DNA of 64,000 nt from the NCBI GenBank assembly GCA_009859145.1, contig VRVR01000050.1:1-64000 (forward strand), read 5' to 3'. The translations under genes were made by a program, and so were the position numbers. This stretch comes from Andalucia godoyi And28 (taxonomy: Eukaryota; Protista; Jakobida). This document shows positions 1 to 9,875 of the stretch, piece after piece (position 1 is the stretch's first letter; every line of letters begins with the position of its first letter). Under the pieces are notes generated by a model. It had not been told where the DNA came from. It saw only the letters and a program-made list of their open reading frames with translations, and did not search any database.

Positions 1-2
1 AG

Positions 3-719
3 GTCGAAAAGCAAAAGTCGACCGATTTGTTGCTGAACATGATGCCGGCTCCGATTGTGGATCGCTTGAAGCGCAATGAACGACCCATCGCATTTGCTCA
101 CACCAACGTCTCATGCATCTTCATCGACATTGTGGGATTCTCGACGATGTGTCAGAATCGAATTGCAGAAGGCCCCGGTGCGATCGTGTCTCTTCTGGAT
201 AATCTGTACACGCGATTTGATATTGCTGCGGATTCTTTCCGTGTATTCAAGGTGAAGATCATCGGTGACTGCTGGTTTGGAGCCACCGGCCTCCGTTTCT
301 CCAATTTGTACGGATCCCATCATGAACGCGACCTCGATGTTCGCAAGGACGCGCTTGCGGCAGTGCAGTTCTGTTTGGAAGTCATCCGGATCACCAACGA
401 ATTTGGAATGCATGTTCGCTGCGGTGTGCATACTGGCCCTGTGGTGTCCGGAGTCATCTCAAAGAACCGGTATTTGTACGACATCTACGGCCTCTCTGTG
501 AACTACGCAGCCCGTCTGGAGCAAGCGTGTCCGAAGATCGATGGCGTCCACCTGAGCCGCGAGACTTGTGAACTCATCAGCCCGTGGTACCAGTTCTCGA
601 GCGTCAGTTCACTATTCAAGGGCCACGAGAACACCGTTACGTACTTGCTCGGCCCCGAAAGAGAAGTGCCAAGAGAGTTTTCATCCGACGCTTATGATCT
701 GTCTTCCGATTTGCCCTAA
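3..719 (+). CDS. Class III nucleotide cyclase, C-terminal catalytic domain (adenylyl-type); 5'-truncated by the window
   Basis: The frame is open from base 3. It has LLLNMMPxxIxxRL, FIDIVGFS and IGDCW (two metal-binding Asp) and VNYAARLE. Lys in VKIIGD and Asp in YDIYG are the ATP-specifying residues. Confidence 0.9.
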   Translation, partial: VEKQKSTDLLLNMMPAPIVDRLKRNERPIAFAHTNVSCIFIDIVGFSTMCQNRIAEGPGAIVSLLDNLYTRFDIAADSFRVFKVKIIGDCWFGATGLRFSNLYGSHHERDLDVRKDALAAVQFCLEVIRITNEFGMHVRCGVHTGPVVSGVISKNRYLYDIYGLSVNYAARLEQACPKIDGVHLSRETCELISPWYQFSSVSSLFKGHENTVTYLLGPEREVPREFSSDAYDLSSDLP

Positions 720-1278
720 TGCACGTCTAGTCATCCCCCCTTTTGTAAATTCGCCGCTCTTATTGCTTTCCATCGATTAGCATGCTGCATCTTGCATCTT
801 GTGCTGTGTTGTTGTGTTGTGATGGAGTGCAAAAGCCGACGTCCAGTGCGGCAAAAGATGCAAATGCCTTCACTGTCCATCGGAGTGTGGCAAAATCTGT
901 TCTTTTTTTCCGAGCAGCGGTGCACAAATCAGGTGAACTCCATCCGTTAGCACCTGTATTCCGCAAATAGCATGCTTTCTTCCACTTGGTGTGTGGACAG
1001 TTTCCGGTAGCGGCAGTAGTCGGAGCATCAGCAGTGGTCCGAAGCATCCCAGCATCAAGCGGTTTCAGCTTCCTCCGCTTCGATGATCAAATGAAACACA
1101 GCGGTAATTGCCTGCTTGCTTTGCTTCTTCCGCACGCACACTCGTCCTTGCATTTTTCCTGTTTCTTTCTTTTCCCGCTTCCGTCTTCCTCTTCTTCGTA
1201 TTCCTGTTGGTCTTACTGGTCTTCGTATCCGTGTTATTGCTGTTGTTATTGTTATTGTTATTGTTATTGCTATCGTGG

Positions 1279-1300
1279 TCTTCTTCTTCTTCTTCTTCTT

Positions 1301-1330
<30 letters not shown>
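1279..1330. repeat. (CTT)n microsatellite just upstream of the tepsin start
   Basis: Perfect trinucleotide run seen directly. It explains the poly-Leu N-terminal extension in the ORF track. Confidence 0.95.
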
Positions 1331-1331
<1 letters not shown>

Positions 1332-1348
1332 GCTGCCCACTGCTTCCA

Positions 1349-3790
1349 ATGGACAAATCCTTGTTGAAAAAGGCAACGACTTCAGACCAGGGTCCTCCAC
1401 CTGGTTATGTTCTCTCGGAAATCGCTCGAACATGTTCCTCGTCGTATGAGGCGTGTGGCGATTGCGAAAAGTATCTTGTCAAGAAACTGCAATCGGAATC
1501 GGACCCAATCGTAGTGGCCAAATGTCTGAAGGTGATCAAGTATGTTGCCGACAACTCGAGTTTTGATTTTAAGAAACTGTTCCGCCAGCAGTCCGAGCTG
1601 ATTCGAAATTGCGCTCGCTTCCGTGGAGAAAGGCATGCGCTCCACGGCGACTCTCTCAACGAAGCAGTTCGCCAAGCTGCAACGGAAGCACTGGAAGCAG
1701 TTTTTGACGACTCTAACAAGTCCATGTCAAAGCCAATGATGGGAATGGGGGGCGGTAGTTCTGTTGGATCAAATTCATCGTATTCTGGCCCCTCTTCTTC
1801 TTATTCTTCATCCACGTTCTCTGGCTCTGGTAGCGGCAGCGGTGGCTATGCATCGTCCTCTTCGTCGTCCTCCTCCTCGTTTTCCGGTGCATACAGGTCG
1901 CAGGGGATGGGAAATACCAAGACGGCGTCATCGTTCAAAGACAAAATCAAGAACAAAATTGCGGAGATCCGTTCCAACGTCAAGATTCCGTCGTTTGGAG
2001 GCTCTGATCGAAACCATCCACATACCCCGACTGGGGGCATTTCGTACCTGGATAACGAGCGCTCACGGCAAGAATTCACTCCACCTGTCGCCAGCTCTTC
2101 AACCATGCCATATTCTTCGTCTTCTTCATCGTCGTCGTCGTCCTCTTCATCATCCTTTTCATTCATGAGCACGACCTCGTCCGCACCGACTACGCGAGGA
2201 GCAGAAAAGGTCTCCGCAACTGTCCCCAGCCAATCCAAAAAGAATGCGCAGGAAGACTACTCCGTCGAAAAGAGCCTAGTTGCCCAAATCACTGCACGCG
2301 GTGCCGTGCGTCCGGTTCCCACCAAGGATGTGTTGGAGCAGTTCTGCAAGCGTTGCCTGACATTACACATGCCTGTTATTCTGGATTTGTTGCTGCAGGC
2401 ATTGCAGGCCCCGGACTGGCATGTCCAAGTGAAAGCACTCTGTGCGATTGAATCTCTTGCGAATGCAAATGTTCAAGCTCATGTCATCTCCGAATATTTT
2501 GACTCTCATCCAGACGAGGCCGAATTGATTGCAGAGCTCACGACTTCGCCCAAAGCCCTAGTTGCCCAGAGAGCCCAGAAAGTCGCGGTTGCCGTCGGGC
2601 TTGGAGACGAAGCGGATGCCCCTGACCAAGAGGAATCCGGTGTCGCGTCTTCCCAGCCATCGGGACAGCTTCTTGCTTTTGGCGATGTGCTGGGGTTGTC
2701 GTCCCCTCAGGATTCTGCTGGTGGCGATTCATCGTCTTCGTTCTCTTTTTTGTCGAATTCTCTGTCACCAGTCGCTGCGCCAAAGGAGGACGTTGACACG
2801 TTGTCCGCCTTTTCGTTTTTGGGCGGAAATTCGGAGCCACCCAAGGCTTCTCACGAGTCGTTGGACATGTTCTCAGGCATGAATGTTGCCGCGGGGTCTT
2901 CGAGTGGCACTGCAAAATCTGCCGCAAAAGGGAGGCCATCAAGCAATGATGCGGCTTCTGATATTTTCAGTGGCATGTCCACTGCTTCGAAAGCTCCTCC
3001 AAAGGGCTCCAAGGGCTCCAAGCACGAAACGGTTTCGGCAAATGGTGCGGAAGAACTCTTTTCTGGGATGTCCGTTGGCGGCAAAGCACCTAAGAAAAAA
3101 GCTGTCAGAGCTGCTGCCAGCGTGTCGCAAGTTGACTCGACAAGAGACGATTCCTTGCTGGATTTCCTCGGGCCCGCAGACCCTTCCACATACTCAGCTC
3201 CTTCAATGGATGTTGATCACCAACTGCTTGCTGCGACTCCTTCCCTTCCTGCTGCGCCACAGAAACCGACTTCTGATGATGTGCTGGCTGCATTCACCTC
3301 GGAGCGAGCGAGAAGTGGGTCTGGATCTGGAGTGATGATGCCAGGTGCTGCGGGGTACGGCTATCAAATGGGGTACGGCGTGGGAATGGTGCCCATGCAG
3401 ATGCCAGGTGGTGGAATGATGGGTGTTCCAATAATGCACGTTGTAAATCCTGGAATGGGCATGAATCCCGGAATGGGCATGAATCCCGGAATGGGCATGA
3501 ATTCGCCAGTGGGTATGAATGCGGGCGTGTCTGGTGTTGGAATGAACATGGGTATGAGCGGCATGGGAATGAATGGGATGAGCAGGACGTCTCCAACGAT
3601 GGATGCGGCAGATGCGGCAACCTTGGCAAACACCCGTGCAAATGCGGGTGCTCCTCGAACACGACCGACATCTGCAAAAAACAAAGGTGTGCGGTTCTCG
3701 GACGCCGGGATAGCAACAGAGCCGAGTTCGTCCAGCGGAGGTCCTGATGCATTTGATTTCATTAATTCTCACATTCCATCAAAACAGTAA
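1349..3790 (+). CDS. TEPSIN: Tepsin (AP-4 accessory ENTH/VHS protein)
   Basis: N-terminal ENTH (LLKKATTSDQGPPPGYVLSEIA...HALHGDSLNEAVRQAA), second VHS-like domain (EKSLVAQITARGAVRPVP...WHVQVKALCAIE) and low-complexity linkers. Start placed at ATG 1349. Confidence 0.85.
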   Translation: MDKSLLKKATTSDQGPPPGYVLSEIARTCSSSYEACGDCEKYLVKKLQSESDPIVVAKCLKVIKYVADNSSFDFKKLFRQQSELIRNCARFRGERHALHGDSLNEAVRQAATEALEAVFDDSNKSMSKPMMGMGGGSSVGSNSSYSGPSSSYSSSTFSGSGSGSGGYASSSSSSSSSFSGAYRSQGMGNTKTASSFKDKIKNKIAEIRSNVKIPSFGGSDRNHPHTPTGGISYLDNERSRQEFTPPVASSSTMPYSSSSSSSSSSSSSSFSFMSTTSSAPTTRGAEKVSATVPSQSKKNAQEDYSVEKSLVAQITARGAVRPVPTKDVLEQFCKRCLTLHMPVILDLLLQALQAPDWHVQVKALCAIESLANANVQAHVISEYFDSHPDEAELIAELTTSPKALVAQRAQKVAVAVGLGDEADAPDQEESGVASSQPSGQLLAFGDVLGLSSPQDSAGGDSSSSFSFLSNSLSPVAAPKEDVDTLSAFSFLGGNSEPPKASHESLDMFSGMNVAAGSSSGTAKSAAKGRPSSNDAASDIFSGMSTASKAPPKGSKGSKHETVSANGAEELFSGMSVGGKAPKKKAVRAAASVSQVDSTRDDSLLDFLGPADPSTYSAPSMDVDHQLLAATPSLPAAPQKPTSDDVLAAFTSERARSGSGSGVMMPGAAGYGYQMGYGVGMVPMQMPGGGMMGVPIMHVVNPGMGMNPGMGMNPGMGMNSPVGMNAGVSGVGMNMGMSGMGMNGMSRTSPTMDAADAATLANTRANAGAPRTRPTSAKNKGVRFSDAGIATEPSSSSGGPDAFDFINSHIPSKQ
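3446..3499 (+). repeat. Coding tandem repeat, 3 x 18 bp (NPGMGM) in the tepsin tail
   Basis: aatcc(t/c)ggaatgggcatg occurs three times in tandem. Confidence 0.9.
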
Positions 3791-4019
3791 AAACCAAGGT
3801 AGTTGTGGTGCTGCTAGGACGTAGTAACTCTGTGTTCTCTTTTTTCCTCACCCGAATGAGTCTTAAAAACTTGCAATTTTAGTGATAATGATAGTAATTA
3901 TTATTTTTTTAAAAACGAAGGGATCTATTCGATCTCTCGCTGCGCATGCTTCAGACTCGTCAGAGGATGCATAGGGTTTCACGGATTTACGCAGTATGTC
4001 AAAGTTTGTCTACAATTGA

Positions 4020-4427
4020 TTAGAAGCGGAGCTTGGAGAAGAACCACGAGTTCTTGCCCTCCAGATAGCGTCCCTTGAAGACCTTTCCGATCTTCTTGAG
4101 TGCGCCCTTCTTGGCTTCCTTGTTGGCAACAGTCTCGACCTTGACGAAGTCATTGAGCTCGGCCTCCAGGGTATAACGAGTCGGGAGCATGTGGTTGTAG
4201 TTGACGGCCTTGAGGAAAGGCTTGAGGGTCGAGCGGCGAGAAACAGTGCGCTTGTTCATCGACTTGGTGACGGCGCGAGGTGCACGCTCGACACCGGCAA
4301 CGACGGCAAAACCATAAGGACGATCCTTGCTGCCCTTGTCAACGTTACGGATGACAACAGCCTTCTGGCCAGCGTGGCGACCCTGAAGGAGGACTACGGC
4401 TCTACCGGGCTTGATGAAACGAACCAT
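4020..4427 (-). CDS. RPL27: 60S ribosomal protein eL27
   Basis: MVRFIKPGRAVVLLQGRHAGQKAVV...NYNHMLPTRY...GKNSWFFSKLRF, 135 aa. Confidence 0.97.
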   Translation of the reverse strand: MVRFIKPGRAVVLLQGRHAGQKAVVIRNVDKGSKDRPYGFAVVAGVERAPRAVTKSMNKRTVSRRSTLKPFLKAVNYNHMLPTRYTLEAELNDFVKVETVANKEAKKGALKKIGKVFKGRYLEGKNSWFFSKLRF

Positions 4428-5061
4428 GGTTGAAAATGTGAACCGACAATGAATGAGAACCGAGATCAACAAACAACCAGAGAAAACAAAAACAAAAACA
4501 GAAAAAGAAAAGAGAACCCGGTATGAATGAGGACTTTGAAAATATGCAAGCCCCTTAATTGGAGAACATATGGGAGAAATATCCTCCATTGGGAAAAGAA
4601 AAAACCCTAGGCATTCGGAGTTCACTGCATCAATGACAGATGCTGAAACCCTATCTGCCGGATCTGCTGCTCCACGGTTTTGTTAAGATAATTTCCCGGT
4701 TTCGAAGTGTGTTCTTTTAATATGTTTTTATTCCCCCCCCCCCCTTTCCCCCCTCAGCATCAAAACAAGGAAGCATCAAATCCGCAAATCGAGGTTGAGT
4801 CGCTAGTCCAAAAAGAAAAGAAAATACCCAATACGCCTGTGAAGTCCAGATCTCCTCTCCGTCCCCCGGAGCCATGGCAAACCGCCGCTCTCTCTCGGTT
4901 GCGTTTGCCGCTGTCCGTCGTTTTATAATTATTGTTATACATATTTCTTTTGATTTGATTTGTATTTTCCCATTCTTTCCGCACTTGACAGATCGTTTTT
5001 GCTTGCGTGCAAACGATTTTTCTTCAGTTCTCGCTGTTAAAATACGCTGCTGTTTCAAGTC

Positions 5062-6465
5062 ATGGCCACGTACACGGAGCGGAAACTGGAAGCAGCCCGC
5101 AGAGAAGAGCTCGAAGAGCTTCGCGAAAGGAACATCCGTGCCAAGGAAGATGCTGCACGTCTGGCGCTTGCACAGAAGCTTGCTGAGCAGAAGCAAGCTG
5201 AGATGGATGCAGCGGACTCGCGCAGGTCATTTGCAGCGGCTGAGCAAGAGAGAAAGAGGCAGGAACAACTGATTCTTCGACAAAAAATTTCCGAGCAACA
5301 AGCGTACCAAGAAAGAATGGACGCGATCCGAGAAAAACACATTGCGGAAAAGAGGCTAGCTGCAAGCCGAAAGGCCGCTCAGGAAATCATTGCAAGAAAA
5401 CAGGGATTGTTGGAGGAAGATCAGAAGAAACGAGAGCTTATCGCTCTTCAAAAGCAGGATGCCCTTGCAAAACAGCAAGAAAAGGTTCGGCTGCAACATG
5501 AAACAGCGGTGCGCAATCGTGAGCTGGAAGCGAAGCGGAAGCTTGGGCAGCAGGCCATTGAGGAGGAAACAAAGCGTAAGCAAGACGAGTATGCTGCTGA
5601 AATTCGCAGGCAAAAGGAAGAAAAGGAACGTCTTGAAATGGAAAAGACCGTGAGCAAGCATGATGCCATCAAGAAAGAATGGGAGCAACGTGCCGAGGCA
5701 GTGCAACGCAAGAGAGCACACTCTGTACGCAAGGAACAGATGGATGACATTAGAGGTATGAATGAGAAGCAGCGTGATGAACAACGACGGCAGTCTGCTC
5801 TGGATCATGTAACTCAACTGAAAGAGGAGGAAGCGGCTCGAAAATCCAAGCTCGCTGCTGCTATCGAGGAGGAGAAGCGGCTCAAAGCTGCAGAAGAAGA
5901 AGCTCGTATCAAGATTGTGGCTGAGCAAAACTCAAGGAATGCGGAATTGAATGAGAAGCGCGCCGCTCGGTTTGCTGTGATTGCTGATCACAGGAAAGAC
6001 CGCGATCGTGAGCTGGCAGCCCAGTTGCATGCGGAGGCCGAAGCACGCTCGCGCAAGCACAGCGAGTCCATCCGGGATGCAGAGGAAAAGCGTGTTGCAC
6101 TTGAAGCCCAGAAGCATTCCGAGCGAAAAGCGAAACTGGAATGGGAACTGCGACAGAGCCAAGCCGAGGAGAGGCACGCGCTGTTGCAGAAGGATGCTCT
6201 TCGAGAAAAGAATCAACAGGAGGTGGAACGCATCCGGCGATACAAAGAGACCAAGGAGCGTGAGGAGTCTGAAAGAAAGCTCAAGGAGGAGCAAGAGAGA
6301 GTGATCAGGGAAGCAGAAGAAGAGATGAAGCGGAAGCAAGACGAAGAGACAGCGCGCATTCGTGCCGATCTTGAAGCCAAGCGATTGCAGAATATCTCTG
6401 CCAAGGAGACGCAGCGCAGGATGAGCTTTGCAAAGCGGCAGGATCCTCCGATCGCTTCGTCGTAG
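5062..6465 (+). CDS. Charged (E/K/R-rich) coiled-coil protein, possibly cytoskeletal or ciliary
   Basis: 467-aa ORF with continuous charged helical composition. No family was recognised. Confidence 0.7.
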   Translation: MATYTERKLEAARREELEELRERNIRAKEDAARLALAQKLAEQKQAEMDAADSRRSFAAAEQERKRQEQLILRQKISEQQAYQERMDAIREKHIAEKRLAASRKAAQEIIARKQGLLEEDQKKRELIALQKQDALAKQQEKVRLQHETAVRNRELEAKRKLGQQAIEEETKRKQDEYAAEIRRQKEEKERLEMEKTVSKHDAIKKEWEQRAEAVQRKRAHSVRKEQMDDIRGMNEKQRDEQRRQSALDHVTQLKEEEAARKSKLAAAIEEEKRLKAAEEEARIKIVAEQNSRNAELNEKRAARFAVIADHRKDRDRELAAQLHAEAEARSRKHSESIRDAEEKRVALEAQKHSERKAKLEWELRQSQAEERHALLQKDALREKNQQEVERIRRYKETKEREESERKLKEEQERVIREAEEEMKRKQDEETARIRADLEAKRLQNISAKETQRRMSFAKRQDPPIASS

Positions 6466-6651
6466 TACAACAAGAAAACAAACCCTGAGGACTGGTGGGT
6501 TTGCTTTGGGTGTTCTTCCCCCGCCACCCCAATTTTGTAAATATTTCATTAACTGCTTTCTGTGTCGGTTGTTGTTGTTGTCGTTGTTGTTGTTTTCCGG
6601 AAGGAAGAAAGGGAAGGGGAGAATAAAAGAACACCACTACAAAATATTTTA

Positions 6652-7572
6652 TTACGCAAAGAGAAGATCGTCGTCAACAGTCGCTGCGGACGATGACGAA
6701 CCGGACTTGCTTCCTTCAAAACCATCAATCGACAAGTTCATGACACCCGTTGCAATGGCAGCCTCCGCATCTGACTGCTGCTTCTTCGCAACACCGGCTG
6801 CCTGTCTTTCCGCAAACTCGGCATCCGATTTTGCTTGTCTAACCTTCTTCTTTCCTTGAATCATTTTGAGTCTGAAAAACTCCTCACGATCCATCTCGTC
6901 CAGTTCGTCTTTGATATACGAGAGCGTGTTTTCAATTTTGGGAACCACGACCTTTTCCAGCGCATTGACTCTGCGGTTCGTCACCTTGATGGCAGCATCG
7001 AGCGTCATGAAGGAAACCTGCAGCGACGCCAGTTCCACGAGCACTGTCAGCGTCTTGCCAAACGCTCTGCGGGCTGCTCTGATTTGCTCGCCTCCTTTTC
7101 CAAGACCTGTAAGATCCGACGACGAGGCAGAGGGTCCTGTACTTGCCGCCTTCGTGGGCGACGCTGCTGTCTCTTCTGCACCCGAGGAGGACGATGTCAC
7201 CTTTTTGTTGTCCTCCGCAGAAACCGCAAACTCGCCCTCGGGTTTGAAATTGGGAAGCTGGACACCGGCGATATTGTCCGTGTGCACACGCGTCTTGAAG
7301 GATGCCTCGCGAACATTCTCAATCACCATGTATGAAATATCGCCCGCAGTGTACTTTGCTTCGGCGAGGGAAAATGCGGATGCTTTGCACACGGAGCCCA
7401 CATTTTCCTTAAGCGCCTTGATCTTGTTGAGAAGCGTGCGGAACCGGACATTGAGCGCATCCGACTTCTTCTTGAGCAACTTGTATCCCTTCTGCGCGCC
7501 AACAAGTCGCAGCTTCATCTGCATCTGTGTCATGCGAGACGGCAGAATATTATACTTTTGCTTTGACGACAT
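6652..7572 (-). CDS. ATP6V1D: V-type ATPase V1 subunit D
   Basis: PSRM...GAQKGYKLLKKKSDAL and LVELASLQVSFMTLDAAIKVTNRRVNALEKVVVPKIENTLSYIKDELDEMDREEFFRLK. It carries a low-complexity insertion of about 35 aa. Confidence 0.97.
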   Translation of the reverse strand: MSSKQKYNILPSRMTQMQMKLRLVGAQKGYKLLKKKSDALNVRFRTLLNKIKALKENVGSVCKASAFSLAEAKYTAGDISYMVIENVREASFKTRVHTDNIAGVQLPNFKPEGEFAVSAEDNKKVTSSSSGAEETAASPTKAASTGPSASSSDLTGLGKGGEQIRAARRAFGKTLTVLVELASLQVSFMTLDAAIKVTNRRVNALEKVVVPKIENTLSYIKDELDEMDREEFFRLKMIQGKKKVRQAKSDAEFAERQAAGVAKKQQSDAEAAIATGVMNLSIDGFEGSKSGSSSSAATVDDDLLFA

Positions 7573-7625
7573 TCTTGAACGGACAGACTTCTCGAGGGTC
7601 TTGTCTTTTTTCCCCGCCTTATTCC

Positions 7626-7629
<4 letters not shown>

Positions 7630-7707
<78 letters not shown>
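7630..7707. repeat. (GT)n microsatellite
   Basis: Perfect dinucleotide run upstream of ATP6V1D. Confidence 0.97.
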
Positions 7708-7708
<1 letters not shown>

Positions 7709-8706
7709 CAGTGCGGGGCTTCTTTCTATACACCGTGCCACCAAAAGAACCTGAGCAAAGAAAAGAATGTCGCAGCCAAAGAGATTACTATATGTATGTA
7801 TAAAACAGTGGGACGACACGAAAAAAAGAATCCGAAGACCGGAGGAAGCAAAGAGCTTGTCTTCGTGTGAGAAAGAGAGAGAGGGATCAGCTATCTCGGC
7901 AGCACATACAGCAGTGGTCAATGACTGGTGAGCAGAGACTTTACAGAGTGTGTACAGGACTGCAGAGAAGGAAAGTTGTAGATCCGATGTCGACAATCGT
8001 CAACATTCATTACAGTCGGTGTTCCATCGGTAAAAAAGCACGAAGTCTTCCCTCTCGATCCAAAACCTCTCGCTCCACCAGCCGGCTGTCGCCCATGGTG
8101 AAAACAAGAAACGCCGGCAGAGTCACCGGGAATTGCAAAACACTTTACGAAGAACGGAAATCACACGTGTCTCCAGTGGCTGCTCAGCTTGCGAGCTTTC
8201 GAACGCTACGCAGCATTCTGCCGGAATGACGACAATGATAAATTTTTTTTTTTTAATTTTTCATTTTAAAAAAACGCGATCTGGGAGGAACATGTGCAGA
8301 GAAGGCTGTATATGCGATGGAAAATATGGACACCTACATCTGCAAGGGCTGTCGTTGTTTGACAGGCGGGTATTCAGTCTTCGGCAGCCGAAGCCGTGAT
8401 TCCGTTGACTGTACTTCTTGCATGCGGCGCAAGGATATCCTGAGACAGGAAAAAGACGCGACACTGAGCATTCGGCAATGCTGCATTTATGGGGCTCGGC
8501 CTGCGCATCTGTGCCGTGACGGCGGAGACAGCCACGCGCAGCAGGCGGCTGCGTTGCACCGCATGCAGATAATGCCATGGTATTTCCTTCAGCAGCAGGG
8601 AAGGGGGGGGGGGGGGGTTCAACGGCTGCTAACGCGGCCCAACTACACGCAGATATCACAAACAGAACCAAACACGAGAACGTTCGAGTCGCAACTTTGG
8701 ACAGGG

Positions 8707-9213
8707 CGCCTGCATTATACACTGAACATACATATCTACGAATAGACATGCATATTCAATCCTGCATCCCGTTGCCGCGAAGGGGGTAGGCCCCCAACAC
8801 GCCTCACGGCGTTCTTCAGATAAATGCTCCGCGCTCCGTTCCCAATCTCGATCAATCGGTGAGCCACTTTCTCAGCGTGACACGTGGTTCCTGAGAAGGG
8901 TGCATTTCGATTCTGACGGCCCTAGCAGCAGGCGCTTTCGTGTCCTCAGCTGCAGCGCGATTGATGCACCTGGAGAAACGAGATCGTGTCTTGGAAGTTC
9001 GCCTCTTGGCAGTGCGCTGAGCGAATGATAGATGGCTACGGATGCTGCGTTAAAGAGTGTCGAAAATGCGGAGCCTGTGTCACCGGCTGAATTCTGGCCG
9101 AGCGTGCGTAAGCACTGATTCCTGTGAAACAAAAGGTGCCAGTGTCGGCCAGTATCGACCGTGTCTGTTCATGCATATGGAAGTATGCATGACAATGACG
9201 TGTCATTGTTCAA
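8707..9213 (-). mobile_element. Non-autonomous Fanzor2/IS607-TnpB-derived element, subfamily A, copy 1
   Basis: The left ~190 bp and right ~130 bp align with 19401-19856. The interior encodes RAVRIEMHPSQEPRVTLRKWL (TnpB N-terminal motif), fused by deletion to an IDRDW-NG remnant. It has a UUCG-capped 16-bp hairpin at 8723-8758. Confidence 0.8.
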
Positions 9214-9402
9214 CGGTAGCCGTCGTGATTCACACTGATGTTTGAAAGAACAACAACGGGAAAACGAGCAGGAAAAAAATTTACAATGGACGCCGGACAC
9301 GCATTTCTTTCCAACAAGACTCTGTCAACAAAAATAATCATTCATACTTTTCTGGCCACGTGGTTCCTCCCTCCTGAACACCAATCAGCTCTAATTTTGA
9401 AA

Positions 9403-9831
9403 ATGTCATCATCTCCAACGGGAGCGCCAACCGAGACTTCTGACACCCCGATGAATGCATCCGAGCCGTCGATGTGGGAGTCTCTCAAGACAAAGTTTGG
9501 TGCATCTGAAACAGAATCTGTAGCAAAGCAAGCCGAGTTCGAAGCCGAGTCCGAGCGGTACCGTGCCGCACGTCAGCGAACTCCTTCCGAAAACGCAGCT
9601 GCGAAACAGCGCGCATTGGATGCATGTGCTGCGCAGAATGCACGACTCGTTGCATGCTTCCAAAATTCGTGGTTTCCACTGTGTTCGGATGAGTTCGAAT
9701 CCTTCTGGTCGTGTTTCCGAGCCGAACGCGGATTCGCACGCATGGCTCTCCTCGGTCGTGTCAAACACGTGAATGAAGATCAACCAGTGCATCCACAGAA
9801 GCAAGATCAGCGAGACCAGCACCCAAAGTAA
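9403..9831 (+). CDS. Small twin-CX9C (CHCH-type) protein, probably mitochondrial intermembrane space
   Basis: CAAQNARLVAC-x8-CSDEFESFWSC gives C-X9-C-X8-C-X9-C. Confidence 0.6.
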   Translation: MSSSPTGAPTETSDTPMNASEPSMWESLKTKFGASETESVAKQAEFEAESERYRAARQRTPSENAAAKQRALDACAAQNARLVACFQNSWFPLCSDEFESFWSCFRAERGFARMALLGRVKHVNEDQPVHPQKQDQRDQHPK

Positions 9832-9875
9832 GCACCTGAAAGCAATAATGTATCTTATAATTTGCTCCTCTTCGC

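Noticed and set aside
770-795. GATTAGCATG, similar to part of U6 snRNA
   Set aside because: It lacks the preceding ACAGAGA box and the following U6 stem.
731-1100. Short ORFs between the cyclase and tepsin that looked like possible transposase fragments
   Set aside because: No recognisable motif in any frame and no second copy noticed.
986-1348. Long N-terminal extension of the tepsin ORF (poly-Leu, CYCY)
   Set aside because: It is translated microsatellite and low-complexity upstream DNA. Homology starts at ATG 1349.
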